From: the human T2T-CHM13v2.0 reference genome, Homo sapiens
NCBI RefSeq assembly: GCF_009914755.1
Contig: NC_060927.1
DNA: 64,000 nt
Strand: one strand, 5' to 3'
Numbering within the stretch: the first letter of the stretch is position 1; every line of letters starts with the position of its first letter. The translations under genes and the position numbers were made by a program. The notes under the pieces were generated by a model that had not been told where the DNA came from, did no database searches, and saw only the letters and a program-made list of their open reading frames with translations. Of the stretch, positions 44,259 to 58,790 are shown one piece after another.

Positions 44259-46443
44259 ATAAATAATCACAAATGTTTTTTCTCTCATGGAGAGTAACTA
44301 CTCCCTGATGGAAAACTATGACTATGCTTTGGTAAATGTAAGCTATGTTATGATTATGTGAAAAAAGATCTCTTTTCTATCACAGAAAAGCCTTTGGATC
44401 ACTGTGTTCTTGGGGGTTGCAGGTAAGGGGGATCCCTGTAGCCTCTGAAGGTCCTTCTGAGGCTTTCATTGGACACTTGAATTTTAATGGAGTGGACTTT
44501 AGACTGGTATATGGGTTTCTGAGGATCCTGAAATACTCATGTTGTCATTATTTATGTTCTAATACAACTTGGTAGAAGTTAAAGCAGATTATAGTGGAAA
44601 GAGCATTAGGAGAAGACAGAGAAACCAGGCCATCACTTCCACTCTGCCACTACTTAGCTGGTGACCTTAGGCAAGTCCTGTCCATGTCTGAGAGCTGTGG
44701 TATCTACGTCCACATAGGAAGAGAGTTGGCATACATGCTTGATGAGCTCCTTTTTTTCTTTGATAACTGTTCATCTGTTAACATTTCCCAACGGGAAGAA
44801 GTCATCAGGAGCTTTCTGTTTAACTATGGTCTCCACTGTGTATCTTAGTGCTTCAATATCAGTTTTACTTTTTCCTTAATTACTTACTACTTGCCTGTAG
44901 ATCTTCCACAAACTTTTCTAATCTTCTTTTACATTATAGGAGTAGAGCTGCATGACTATTAAGACCTGCATATACCTTTAATGTTATTTATCAACTTTCA
45001 GATTGTCACCTCTTCAGTTTACTTCTCTATCTTCCATGTTCCTAAAGCAAATCTAGAATTGAAATTGTCTGGTAGGAGCACTACTAGGTTTCCTGTTTTA
45101 CTGAGGAAATGTCGAATCTGAGAATGACCTTAAACTGAAACATGTAGAACCATAGGCCTGAATGTCTTTAAGGCCATAAAGTTAGTTTCGTCTTTCAGTA
45201 TTTTATTTATATTCTTGCCCCAATACTGTTCAACTTTGGGAGCTAAAAAAAAGTCGGTTGAACCACTGTTCTTCATATTTTTTAAAATCAGAAAATATAT
45301 CCTTAAACTTAAATTTACTTTCTATAACTTCCACCTATAGAATCTGTCTTCCACGTGGCAGATGTTTTGTTATTTGTAGGTAGGGGTCATGCCTACCACT
45401 CCCCCTTGCCACCTTCTGAGCGTTGTCACAAGTCATCTTTAACACCCCTCCCTCCCTCTTTGAGAGTGCATACCCCACCCCTTCCACTATATTTAGTCTT
45501 TATTCATAAGTCATTTTGGTACCAGATAAGCCAAATAGGTGTTATGTGATGCCTCCCAAATGTTATTTAGACAAAAATCACAGAAATGGCTACACATAGA
45601 CTCCTTATCCCATCACTGTAAAAAATTAGTTGTTTTTATTATTGTATGTTCTTTTTCATGTTTTCCTATATTTAGACACAAGTTTTACATCCATTCCATT
45701 TATTTAATAACAAATATTTATTTAGCAGTTACTGAAAGTTAAGACACTGTACTAGATGCAATTTATGTAATAAAAAACATAAATAGCGTTGTGGGACTTA
45801 TATTTTACAGAGGATAAGCGTACGTATCTATAACATAACAATCTAATTTTGAGCTATAACAAATTTAATAAAGGAAATGTCCAAGGTGCTCAATAAATGA
45901 CAGATCAAATTTAGATATGAGGTGGGAAAAGATAACAGAGAAGGCCTGCATGTGAAATGGAGGGGGTGGGGGAAGTAAGCCCTCCAGGCAGACGGAACAA
46001 CGTGTGTGAACATTATAGCACCAATGTAATTCCCCAGTCATCCGAAGGAATTGTTATGTGTTTGTTTTTTTCCTTCATGCCTGATTGTTTGTATACATTC
46101 TCACAACAACTTGGAATGATTGTACCACAGGTTTCTTGATAATATTCCATTTGTCACATTTTCTTCTATTGATTTTAATGTTTTCCTTGCCGATATGGCT
46201 CTGGATGGGCCATTTTGACTATTTGCTGTCTCTATTCCTCCTTTTCTATCGTTCTATCATGTGACAAAATATCCAGACATAGGATTGCTAGGGCAAAAAC
46301 AAAGGCGTTTTATGATCCTGAAAACATAGTTTTTCCCAAAGGTTGCTTATACCATTATTGACTCTGCATAAATATGCCATTCATGCCTCTGCCTTACCAG
46401 CACTGAGCATTATTGAGAATGTTTTAGGTGTTACATATATACA

Positions 46444-47058
46444 CAGTTATATTTTGCTGTGTTGAACAGCAGAACAGGGGATATGTTCTGAGAAATATTT
46501 GTTAGCTGATTTTTGTCATTGTATGACCATCATAGAGTATAGTTACATGAACTTGGATGGTAGAGCCTACTACACACCTAGGCTATATGGTATAGTCTGT
46601 TACTCCTAGGCTACCAACCTGTATAGCAGGTTGTGGTACTGAATACTGTAGGCAATTATCACACAGTGGTAAGGATTTGTGTACCTAATCTGTCTAAATA
46701 TAGAAAAGACACAGTTAACATACAATATAAAAGATGATAAAAACGGTACACCTATGTAGGGCACTTATCATGGATAGAGCTTGTAGGACTGGAAGTTGTT
46801 CTGGGAGAGTAGGTGAGTGAGCAGTGAATGAATGTGAAAGCCCAGGACATTACTATACACTTTTATTTGTCTGACGGTGCATAGGTTTGTTTATACCAGC
46901 ATCACCAAAAACGTGAATAATATGTTGCCCTATGACATTACAATGACGATTACATCAATAAACAATAGAAATTCTTGAGCTCTATTAAAATTTATGAAAC
47001 CACCATCACATATGTAATCCATCATTAACTGAAATGTCATCGTGTGACACATGACTAT
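46444..47058. mobile_element. Tigger3-type DNA transposon
   Basis: gttctgagaaat...gcctactacacacctaggctatatggtatag...gtgacacatgacta. Confidence 0.8.
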
Positions 47059-47326
47059 TTATATACACTGACAAACACACACAGGATCACATCTGAAAAT
47101 ATACTTTAGTACATTAATAGTAGTTAATTAATTGTGCCTGTTTTTTTATTCTGTGATGTCAATTCGTGTAGGAAATGCCTCCACTACCATTTTATCTCTT
47201 ACATGAACTTACATGTATAAATGATGTCTCCGTATGTAGCCTGGCTTCACTTAGTTCATTTGAATGTGGTTGCTCTATGAAATCAAATGCAAATACTACC
47301 CATTCATTGTATATTTCTTTTTTCAG

Positions 47327-47513
47327 GAACACTACATATTGCAGCAAAGTTGCATTTCCCTTGGAAGTTGTTCAAAAAGACAGCTGTTTCAATTCCCCCA
47401 TGAAACTCCCAGTGCATAAACTGTATATAGAATATGGCATTCAGAGGATCACTTGTCCAAATGTAGATGGATATTTTCCTTCCAGTGTCAAACCGACTAT
47501 CACTTGGTATATG
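47327..47513 (+). CDS. IL1RAP: IL1RAP coding exon, Ig1 end / Ig2 start (NTTYCSKVAFPLEVV...KPTITWYM), phase 2-0
   Basis: Acceptor ttttcag|G, donor ATG|GTAAGG; 187 nt; in frame with neighbouring exons. Confidence 0.99.
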
Positions 47514-48779
47514 GTAAGGAAAATTAGACTACATTTTATTCTCTCTAATGGCTTATAAAATGATAATGCTTATTTGCTGAGTTATATTTATAAGCAAAGG
47601 TGTTTCTCTTCAGATTATCTGATCTATTCCGTAATAGCTTTATGGAAGTATTTCAGCACGTCCTCATTTTGTACCATTTTAAAGGAAGTGGTGCACAGTA
47701 CTTTGTCTCAGGCCACTATTTCTGAAATTATTCTAACTAGAATACCAAAACTACCTTATTTCTGTTAACTTCATGTGAAATACATTTTAAGAAATGCTGC
47801 CCACTTCTAGTTCCTGCTTAGTGAAGTCATAAGCTGTTAATTCTTGTGGTGAATTTCAATTCCTTGATTAATCAGTACTGCATTTTATTATTTATGTGTG
47901 TTTTTTTCTTTGCCCTCATTTGTGAGCACTGTCCATCTATGGTCTTTTCCACATCCAAGGGATTTGGAAAATGTTTCATCAAAATATAAAAGTGTTGGAA
48001 GGTAGCGCTTGTAGCAGCAGCATAGCTTTTGTATCACTTCAAGTCTCCACATACACCAAAGCCGAAACCCCACGGCCAGAATTTGCAACATAACTCAGTG
48101 ACTAGTTATCCATAGGAACCACCTTTGATAAAGTTAACTGAGACAAGCCACCAACAGCCTAAGCCCATATGGGATCAGTGTTTGTGGGGAAGGAAGCAGA
48201 TGGAAGTAACGTGGTGTCTGTCAGACTTGACAACAGGAGAACGCCAAAAGAGCCAACAGGTACTCACTGGAAAGTGTGATGAGCCAACGTGAGACCAGGA
48301 GCTGAAATTGGGAGAGGTTTTGCTCTCTAATAAGGGGTAGTGCAAGAGACCTATAAGAAGAAGCTCTGAAGGGGTGGGAAAAGTTGTAGTTCCTCACAAC
48401 TCTGAAATATGACCAGCCACGTTGAGGAGAAGCTACTGTGAGTAGAATCAAAAGTAAACTGGATGAGGACAATATATAGGAAGGAAAGAGAAGGACTGGT
48501 GAAAAATGGATCAGGAGAACAAAGCCAGGACGTCTTAAGACCAAGACACCATTGTTTTCAAAAGATATCTTGGTGAAGTTAGAAAATCCTTTTCTATTTT
48601 AAAATTCAGAAAAAACTACTATTTCCTAAGTGAGCTAAATGACATTTTAAAATGATACAAGCTGTGAAAGAATAATAAGAATTAGAAATATCCAAAAATT
48701 ATATATATTATATAACTCCATACAAACTTAGAAGAAAATAAATCATTTTAGAAATGAAGATAATCTAAGAGGAAGATCA

Positions 48780-50585
48780 CAGAATAAAAAACACAATAGA
48801 TAATACCTTAAGATTAGTAGAAGGTGAAAGGGAGAAAAAATTAAAATTAAAAAAATGACAAATACAATAAGAAAATTAGAATGGCTGTAAGAATATCAGA
48901 TAAAGTAGACAGTGAGGATTACCAGAGATAAAGATGACCTTTCATAATAATAAAAGGATCACTTTATCAGCGAAACATAAAAATAACAAAAGCTTGTGTG
49001 CTTAATAACAATGCTTCAAAAACATGCAGCAAAATTTGGCAGAACTCCCGAGAGAAATAAAAAATTCCACAAACACAATTTGTTGTAAATTTCAAAAGCT
49101 GAACATTTTAAATTCTGTCTCTGCTTAAGTTGTTAATGATACAATTTGGGAGTCAACTTGAAGAGTCTTCTGTTGGCCAAAGATGAACAATTTGAACCGA
49201 AATAATTTGAACCTAATTGCAATGGTTTAAATCCTATGAAGTCAGTTTAAATTTATAAGTTTATAATGACATTTCACAAAATTTAATGGGTTACATTTGG
49301 ATGATGATAGGAAATCAGTTTATTATCTTGAAAACTGGTAAAGGAGAATAATCAAGTATTCATTCTGGTTTTCCTAGAAGACATGTAACATTGGGTAATG
49401 AAGTGTTGTAGAGAGGTGTGTTTTGTAAAGTGTTTCTAATAGTAAATGAAAATTTAATGATCCAATTAGAATTATCATCACCTTGCAACTCTCAATAGAT
49501 TAATAAATCTAGGCATCTAAGCATCAATGACTGCTAACATCACAAGAGGAAAAACCATCAGACATGTTTCTTCTGATAAAAGAAGAAAATATTACATATT
49601 GATTCATATTACCAAATTAATTAAACCTGAGTCGGATTAAGCCTTTGGATCCCACTGTCATTTTGCAGGAGATATATAAATAACATAGAAATACATTGAA
49701 CTGCAGCATGAATATGTCATCCATAAAATCCAGACTATGTGAAACTCTATGGGCCAGATGTGCTGGGTTTTTCAAAAGATAAATTGTAAGAAAAGGAATG
49801 TCATGAAGAGGGACTGTATAGATTAAAAGAAACATATAAGACATTTAAAAAGTAGATAGCACTGTAGCATCTAAGCATGCATATATAGGTGAAAAGTATA
49901 TAAATAAAAACAAGGAAGTGATTTTACTATAAAAGTATAGATAGTGCCTACTTTGGAGGGTAGTAAAGGAGGTGTGATTGACATGGGCCGTGACGAAGGC
50001 CTTCAGGAGGGACTGGCAAAGTTCCTGGACCTGACTGATGGTTACAAAGGCCTTTGCTTTATAATAACTCATTAACTCTTAGATGTGTTTTGCATGGTTT
50101 TTTTGTATGTGCTTTATTTTACAATAAAATGACTAAGAGGGATGGAGGGAGAGAGAGAAGAAAGGTAGAAAAGGAGTGAGGAAGAGAAAGAGATGCAGAG
50201 ACTGATTTAAGAGATTTAACCACCAATTGCAATGAATCAACTTTAGTTGGATCTTTTTCATTTGAAAAAAACTATAAAGCAAATTATGAAAAGATCAGGG
50301 AATTTGGAACATACAATACTAATGTTACTAATAAATTATTACTTTTTAAACTTGATAATGGTACTGTAGTTATGCTTGCAGAAGGAGTTTTCTTTTTTGG
50401 AGATACTCAAATATTGTTTAAAATAAAATTATATGATGTCTGTGATTTGCCTCAAAATAATCTTGGGGTGCAGTGAGTAGCTGTGCATGAAATAAGACAT
50501 AGTCTCAATTAATACTTGTTGAGGCTAGTAAAGATACAGGAGCTCGTTGTCCTCTCTCTGATTATAATTTTTCATGGTAAAAAAC
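48780..50585 (+). mobile_element. Ancient L1M (MD/ME-like) fragments
   Basis: A-rich L1 ORF2-start text (atatcagataaagtagac...cagcaaaatttggcagaact) followed by L1M 3'-UTR-like text; boundaries approximate. Confidence 0.6.
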
Positions 50586-50943
50586 CTAAAAGATGGTTAA
50601 AAAATAATATTAACAGTTTTACATCAATAAGTGTAATATACCTTCCAGTTAAAAAAAAAAGTTTATTTACCGTGCAATCTAGGTTTTAATCTCGAACCTT
50701 ATTTGATTTTTTAGTTTTGTTCCCATACACATCCTGCCGTTTTCTCATCTCCTTTTTTCCTCATGCATTTCCTCTGCCTAGAATGTCCTCCCTTTAGAAC
50801 AGACCAAATTGTACCACCTTTATTAATTGTTCCTTGTTCCCTCCAGCTGGAAATCATATTTCTCTCATGTATTCCTGTTTATTTATACCTGTTTCAATAT
50901 TATTTTTCACTTCTTTATTTTTTTAGTCATTCATTCATGACTA

Positions 50944-51245
50944 CAGATAGTCCTCGATTTACTATGGTTTGACTTAAGATTTTTCAACTTGATCATGGGT
51001 TTATTGGGATAAAACCTCATGGTATGTCAAGTAGCTTCTTATGATTTATGATGGGGCTATGGTTTCTACTGAATTTTTATCACTTTCACATTATCATAAA
51101 GTGGAAAAATCATAAATAAAACCGTCATAAGTTGGGGACCGTCTGCTGTGTTGTGAGAATTAAATGCATTTTTGACTTAACCATATTTTTGACTTATGAT
51201 AGGTTTGTTGGTATGTAACTTTCATCATAAGTTAAGGAATATCTG
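50944..51245. mobile_element. MER47/Tigger5-type DNA transposon
   Basis: TA-flanked; inverted termini cagatagtcctcgatttac...cataagttaaggaatatctg. Confidence 0.75.
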
Positions 51246-51854
51246 TATACTAGCTGAAGATTAACTGTGATCAGTGCAATATGCCAGGGGGTTGAGGGAA
51301 CACCATAATGAATAAAATATATGCCCAGAGCTGTGTAGTCCCAAATGACCTCATAATTTAATACAAATAACTTTGTAAATACAAAGAATTTCTACTCTTA
51401 TCAAAATGTAAACTTCTAAGTTTCATAAGAGTGACAAGGAGAAAATACTGTTGGTTTTAAGGAGAGAGAGATATGTATCCTAGAAGACAGCATATTTCTT
51501 GAGGGCAAAGCTATGTAATGTCTTACTCTGCATCTCCAGATTTCTGGTTTTCACGAAAGGATGACATGGTGCTATTAACCAAGGTATGAAGTAACAGAGG
51601 AGAAGCAGGTTTAGGGAGTAAGTAATGGGTTAGGTAATGCCATATTAAGTTAGTTGCTGATGTCTGTGAGACATCTAGCTGGCGGGTGGCAGTGACTAGC
51701 AGGTAGTGGTTACGTGATTATGAGTCTGGAGCTTAGGAGAAAAATCAGAGCTAAAGACAGAAAATTGGGTGCATTCATGTGATAGTTGAAGCACTTAAGA
51801 AGACTAAATAAAGTGAGAAGAGAACTGAGCTAATGCCATACTCTGGAGATACTA

Positions 51855-52266
<412 letters not shown>

Positions 52267-55200
52267 TCAACTGACACCTTTAATCCTAAGACTTCTGCCA
52301 TCTTGGAAACAAAACAAAGGTTCTTGGTCACTGCATCCTCCTGTCTCTGTACAGCAGTGCTAACTTTGCCTTCTATTTTCTGCCTTTTACAATCATCCCC
52401 AAGCATCTACCCGGATGTCTTGGTCCTTCTTCAGCAATTCTTTTTTAGTTGTTACCAACAGAGGTTCCTACATCTGTTGGTTCCTACCTCTATGGATCTA
52501 TCTTTTAATCCTCATAGACTTATTTGCATTACTAAAAGAGACATGGTAAAGATGTTCTCTTTTAGTAATGCAACTAAGTCTATGAGGATTAAAAGATAGA
52601 TCCATAATAATAAGTTTCAGGAAATTTGCTTTCCCGTTATCTGAAAGATGAAAGCTGCTAATCTTAAGAAAGAAAGAGGAAACTAATATTTCTTACATTT
52701 CAGTAATCACACGGCAGCGTGCTGTGTGCTTTATGTTCATATGTAACACCAGCTCTGCAAGGGAGATACCATATTTTGACAGATTAGGAAATGGCGATTC
52801 AGAGAGATAAACAATAACAGCTAACATTTACTGAACACACGTATTGTTCCAAACGCTTGATTTTACTTAATTCTGTCAACATCCTTATGAAATAGGCTGT
52901 CATGTTTTCCCCATGTTATCGTTGAGGAACCAAGGTATAGCGTGGTTGAGAAATATTTCCAAGGCCACAGAACTAGGAGCTAAGATTCTAACCTATGTAA
53001 TGTAATGTGTCAGGAAACCACACTTTTACACTTTCATATATAATTTACTCAAAACAATGCAGCTACTGATGGGAGAGTCTGGGATTTCAGGCCAGTTCTG
53101 TGTGATTACAAAAACTCTACTCTCTAGAACTGATGTAAGGAGGGTGGTCCAGCCTTTACTTTTGGAGCTTAGGACATTTTGGAAGGGCAGGGTGATCTTT
53201 GAACACATACTGGGGTGTGGACTGGACCGTGGGACGTAGGTGAACCTGTGGATAGAGGGCCCTGAGAAATCGGAGGCATCTCAGACAAACTGAGATTACA
53301 GGAAACAGAAAACCAAATGTTTACATTTCAGAATTGCTGAAGAAATGGGATAGGATTGGATTGTCCTCCTCCACATGCCTTCTCTTTCTCCTCTTTTTTT
53401 TTTCTGCATGGCGGAAAAAAATTCTGCCATGAATTCACAATTCTCTAATTCAACATTAGGTATTCTAGTTTAACTCCTGTGAGTTAAACTGATGTTCAGC
53501 AAATATTTGTTGAATAAGCCAGGTTTTGTAACTAGTCTGGAAAGCAAACCATAGTTTGTAAGTGATTTACAGAATTTCAAACAGCTGGCTTATAAAACAA
53601 ATTCTGAAATATACCATGTGTATAAATGGGAGACTGCCTTGTTTATTCACATAGGAACCTCCAAACATATAGAAGTAAAGACACAGGTAATGCAGTCCTT
53701 TTGTTGTTGCTTTTGTTACTGATGAGATTAATTTAGAGTCTTTGGCAGGCCATCCTAACTTTCATATTACTGTATTAATTCTCTTCCTTATAGTTTGATA
53801 TTTAAAACTTTATCTTTTAGAGATGCTTATAAAAGCATAGACAATTTTCTCACCGAGGATCAAAAGAACCATTTTATTGGGTGTTTTGTAGATTACATTT
53901 ATGACAGCTGCTGAACTACTCTCACCTGCTATTTATCAGAATAGATAATGACTTTTCTATTATCTTTGTGGTTGTAACTTTCCACAAAGCTAGTTTTCCT
54001 TGTAGCCACAGTGATTACTAAAATTGATATATTACCTCCACTTTTCATTTTTATTGTGAAATTAATCAGAATTGGTCAAGCATTTTTTATAACTATCTCT
54101 TAGAAAATAGGAAAATATTTGCTCTTCCAGACTAAGTGCTATTAGGAAAGAACATTTCTGAAAACGTGCCTGGCTTGGCCTTCTTGTTGGCATAGAGATA
54201 TTGTTGAGAAGTTAGTTCAAGGTCTGTGTAGTAAGCCTTATTTTTTAAATGCCTGCTTCTATTTGATTTGACAACATAGATTGGTTCTTTAACTCTTTTC
54301 TTTACCTACACTTCCTATATAGTGATTGGATTTTCAACCTTTAGTGTGAGAGAGTATGTACCATATTTTCTTTCAGAGCTATACACATATAATTCTATAT
54401 GTGTACATATATGCATATACAGATAACATTTGACATAAGGTTTAGGGCCTCTGAGGACTCAAGATTCATGACTTAAACACAAAGCCAAATTCAAATAGCT
54501 ATGAAGTCTTGAAGCCACTTCAGGCCATATAAATCACCTACTCTGTACTTCGATAGCACTTCATTCATATCTTGTCTTTATTATTCTAGAGATTTTCTCT
54601 TTTTTCTGTAGTAAGTAGTGACCACTCTTTTCCTGTCTCTTTCTCTTTCCCTTCAATACCAAGCACACAGCATAAAACTGAGCTAACTATATTGTACTTA
54701 GAAATTGATTAAATAATTGAATGAATTAGCCTGCCCTGTAAAATTCCAGAGAATAAGCACCATTTGTGGTTTTTTTTTTTCTGGCAATTGTATAGCCAGC
54801 TCCTAACCCAGTGCCTGGCCCATAGGAGGGACTTTGTAAATATTTGTTGTGTAATCATTGCATGACTTAATTCTGTTAATTGGAAGTGACTAGTTTATCT
54901 AACTCTTCTAAGACTTCATAGCAAAGTATGTGTTTTATACCAACTTTATCTTGAATGCAAAAACTTCAGTAGATACTACTAACAGTTCAAACCTTGTATC
55001 TCAATTAAACTCTTTGTATCTTTACATCTACTTTCCCTTTCCATCCTACAACCCACCATCCAATGTCTTATATTCCAAATACTCATCAGCACTTATACAC
55101 TCGATGAGCCCTCAGCTCCATGCCTTTTGGGTCTTGGCTTCTCTCATTCATACCTTTGATCAGGCAACACTAATGTGTCGAGCATTTACCAAGCACCAAG

Positions 55201-57802
55201 TATTGAGCAAGTTTCCGACCACGCAGATATGGAACTTAAAAACCCCACTGTCCCTCATACAAGTTAATTTTCCAAAGGAGGAACTCTGCATGAAAACAGA
55301 GCATTATAATAATGTAGTTTAAGTACTAACAGTCAGGGAAAAAAATTAAGACAATACAGGTGAGTTCTTCACGCTTTTTCCTGTGCCTGAAGTGTCTACT
55401 TCCCATGTCTACCTTCTTCCTCAACAGATGTTAATATTCTTATCATTTAAGAACCAGCCCAAATCTTTCTTCATTAAGTTTTTCTAAGTTGTTTTGTTTT
55501 TATTTCATACTCCCTTGACCCTAAATGCCTTTTATTGTGTTTGTTGCAATCCTTCATTAGACCATGAATAACTATAAGTTAGAATTGTATCATTTCCATT
55601 TTGGTGCCTTCACACAGTTCTTTACACATTGTTGGTTTCTTGAATGGAAACACTTGTTCTTACTTCATCATGACATTCCTCCACTGCACCCTTCCCCTCC
55701 CCACATGATTCGTTTCAGTTGAAAGATCCCAAAGTCATTTCTTGTGTTGTTCTTTACCTATATGTTGTGGTCGGTTGCCACAGCAACCATAGCATGGTTG
55801 AAAAATCGCTCTTCTATTTAACTTCTCTCTTTTGAATTCAGAATGAGGAACTAATGGGTCAACTAGGATTGTTTGTCTTCTAGTCAGACAAGTGTTTGCT
55901 TTATTGTGGAAATTCACTTACTGTTCACTCATTTCTTATATTTTAAAGCAAGTTTCCTATTCTTGGAGAATCTAAATCTTTTTTTATGTTTGTTTTCTTC
56001 TGGATTCCAAATAAATGGTTTTGAAATCATTATAACATTTTCAGGTTTTATTTTTATCAACAGTTTATTATGTTTAAAATTATCCTATGTGTCTCAGGTA
56101 CATGTGTTGTGAAGGGTCTAGAGACAGAGTTGCTGATAAGAAAGAGAGAGCTAACCAGACACACAGCAGGTTAATGTTCATAGACATTTGTAGTGTAACA
56201 ATGCCCTGAATTACCCTCACACACGTATTAGAATGTAAAATATTCCCTTTATTTCTAAAATGTTTTAGGCCTAATAGCTTTGAAACAGCTATAAAAAGTT
56301 TCTTTCATCACATTCTTAAGGAAATACTGTTGACAAGTTCAGTAAAAATAATTGACTTCTCATCCTCAAAAGTGTGCTTCCTCAGTTTACCACTGATTGC
56401 AGGAATTAGCCTGTTTTAAGTGATAGAGCCACATCACGCTTTTCACTCAGACTGGCTCCAGGGATGGCACAGGTTCAGGGCTGCTATATGGAATGAAGAG
56501 ACACTATCAGGTGAAATTAAAAGCAAGGACTTTGAAACAAGTAGATCTGAATTCAAATTCCAGCTTTAACACTGTCTGGTGGTATGACATTGACAGTTAC
56601 TTAACGTTTCTAGGCCTTGTTCATTCATCTATAAAACGGAGGTAAAAGCATTACAAACTTTACATGTTTGGAATAAGGATCAGACGAGACAGAGTATATG
56701 TTAAGTGCATGTCTCAGTATAATTTTTTATAGCCTCAACTCACTGCTGAGGAGAGGTATTCATTCTTAGTTAAGAAGCTGATGAAAGACCGTTATTCGGC
56801 TTTCTGGAAAACTGAATTTCAGCTCTCTACTGTGTTATCTAGAATATCTCTGTCTCATTTTTTCCGTCTATAAAATTACAGCGTATTTAGTCTGATCTGT
56901 CTACTTCACAGGAGTTTCAGAATAGCTAAGCTAACAAATGAGGGGGAAATACCTTTGAACTGTTTAAATGAAAAGTACCACAAAAATAAAATAGTTCTAT
57001 TGATACTGTAAACTCAATTCAAACCAAATCTGACATAAACTTATAAGAATACAGGCCTTTGAGACCTTATCCTTTGTGATATCCTAAGGATATTGAAATC
57101 GTTTGCTGACCTGACAAGTGTCTACAAGTATTGCTTATCTTACAGGAGAAGCTGCGTTGAAAAAAATACGTTACCCAAGCTTATAGTAGCTTCCTCTTGA
57201 TGATCTTTTCCATGAAATGGAAGTTCAATGCTGTTCTTAAAATACACATTTCCTGTGACAAAGCATTACAAAATGTGCCTCAATGTAACTGTCATATTTC
57301 AAAGTACATGCTCCAGGAATTGAAGAAAACCTTAATCATACAAACATTAAAGATGAAATATGTGAATAAAAAAAATTGAAGTTACAAGCTAGTAGTAGAC
57401 TCCCAGAAATTTAAAGATGTAAAAAGCCTTAGAGATAACCTAATCTTTTTGTCATAGGTGACTTATTGATATTTAAAAGAAAAACAAAAGCTTTTCTAAA
57501 AGTAAATGTTCAACATATATTTTTGTCACAGATAGTGTATTGATTTTTTTTCTCAAAAACAGCAAAAAGTAATAATTTAGCCAAATAGTGAGACTGAGAA
57601 TTTGAAACAGGATTCTAGATATGTTGAATGAGATAGTTGTGGACTGAGATAGTTCAATTTCTCAATTTTAAATGTCAACAGTTATATGCAAATGTGAATT
57701 AGGAGCAGAAATACATTCCTAGATCTTGATCAGGCCCATGAAGATATTTTATTTTTAGTTTCTGAAATCTGTGATACTCAGTTATAAAAATGGGATAAAG
57801 TT

Positions 57803-58189
<387 letters not shown>

Positions 58190-58624
58190 TTATCAGACGG
58201 AGTGACTGGAGTCCCAAATTAATATAATCAGTGAAGAAATATTATAAAAAGAAAAAGAATTGCTTTCTAAATAGCAGGTCTTGCAGTTGCTCAAGTTTCC
58301 TTAGTCATTATTTCAAAACTGTAACTTTGCTTTACTATCAACATAGGATGCCCAGAATTTGATCCTGAGACAGGAAGCCTGTGTTTTTGAAGTCACACTT
58401 TAGTTTAGAATTTTAATTTCTCATGATCAGAAAAGATAATGACAGGTGTTTCATTTATTCTTCGCAGAAATCTTGTCAAATACTTGACCAAAATAGTTTT
58501 ATAAAAACTGCAGCATGAATATTTCGGTGTTCTGTGCAAAATTAGATGTGAGTGTGCGTGTGTTTGTATGTTTTCTATGCATGTATCTAAAAAGTAAACT
58601 TTTTTTTTTTTTTACTTTTTCTAG

Positions 58625-58790
58625 GGCTGTTATAAAATACAGAATTTTAATAATGTAATACCCGAAGGTATGAACTTGAGTTTCCTCATTGCCTTAATTT
58701 CAAATAATGGAAATTACACATGTGTTGTTACATATCCAGAAAATGGACGTACGTTTCATCTCACCAGGACTCTGACTGTAAAGGTAGTAG
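58625..58790 (+). CDS. IL1RAP: IL1RAP coding exon, Ig2 second half (GCYKIQNFNNVIPEGMNLSFLIALISNNGNYTCVVTYPENGRTFHLTRTLTVKVV), phase 0-1
   Basis: Acceptor tttttctag|G, donor TAG|GTAAGC; 166 nt; NGNYTC Ig motif; absent from the ORF track, translated by hand. Confidence 0.98.
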
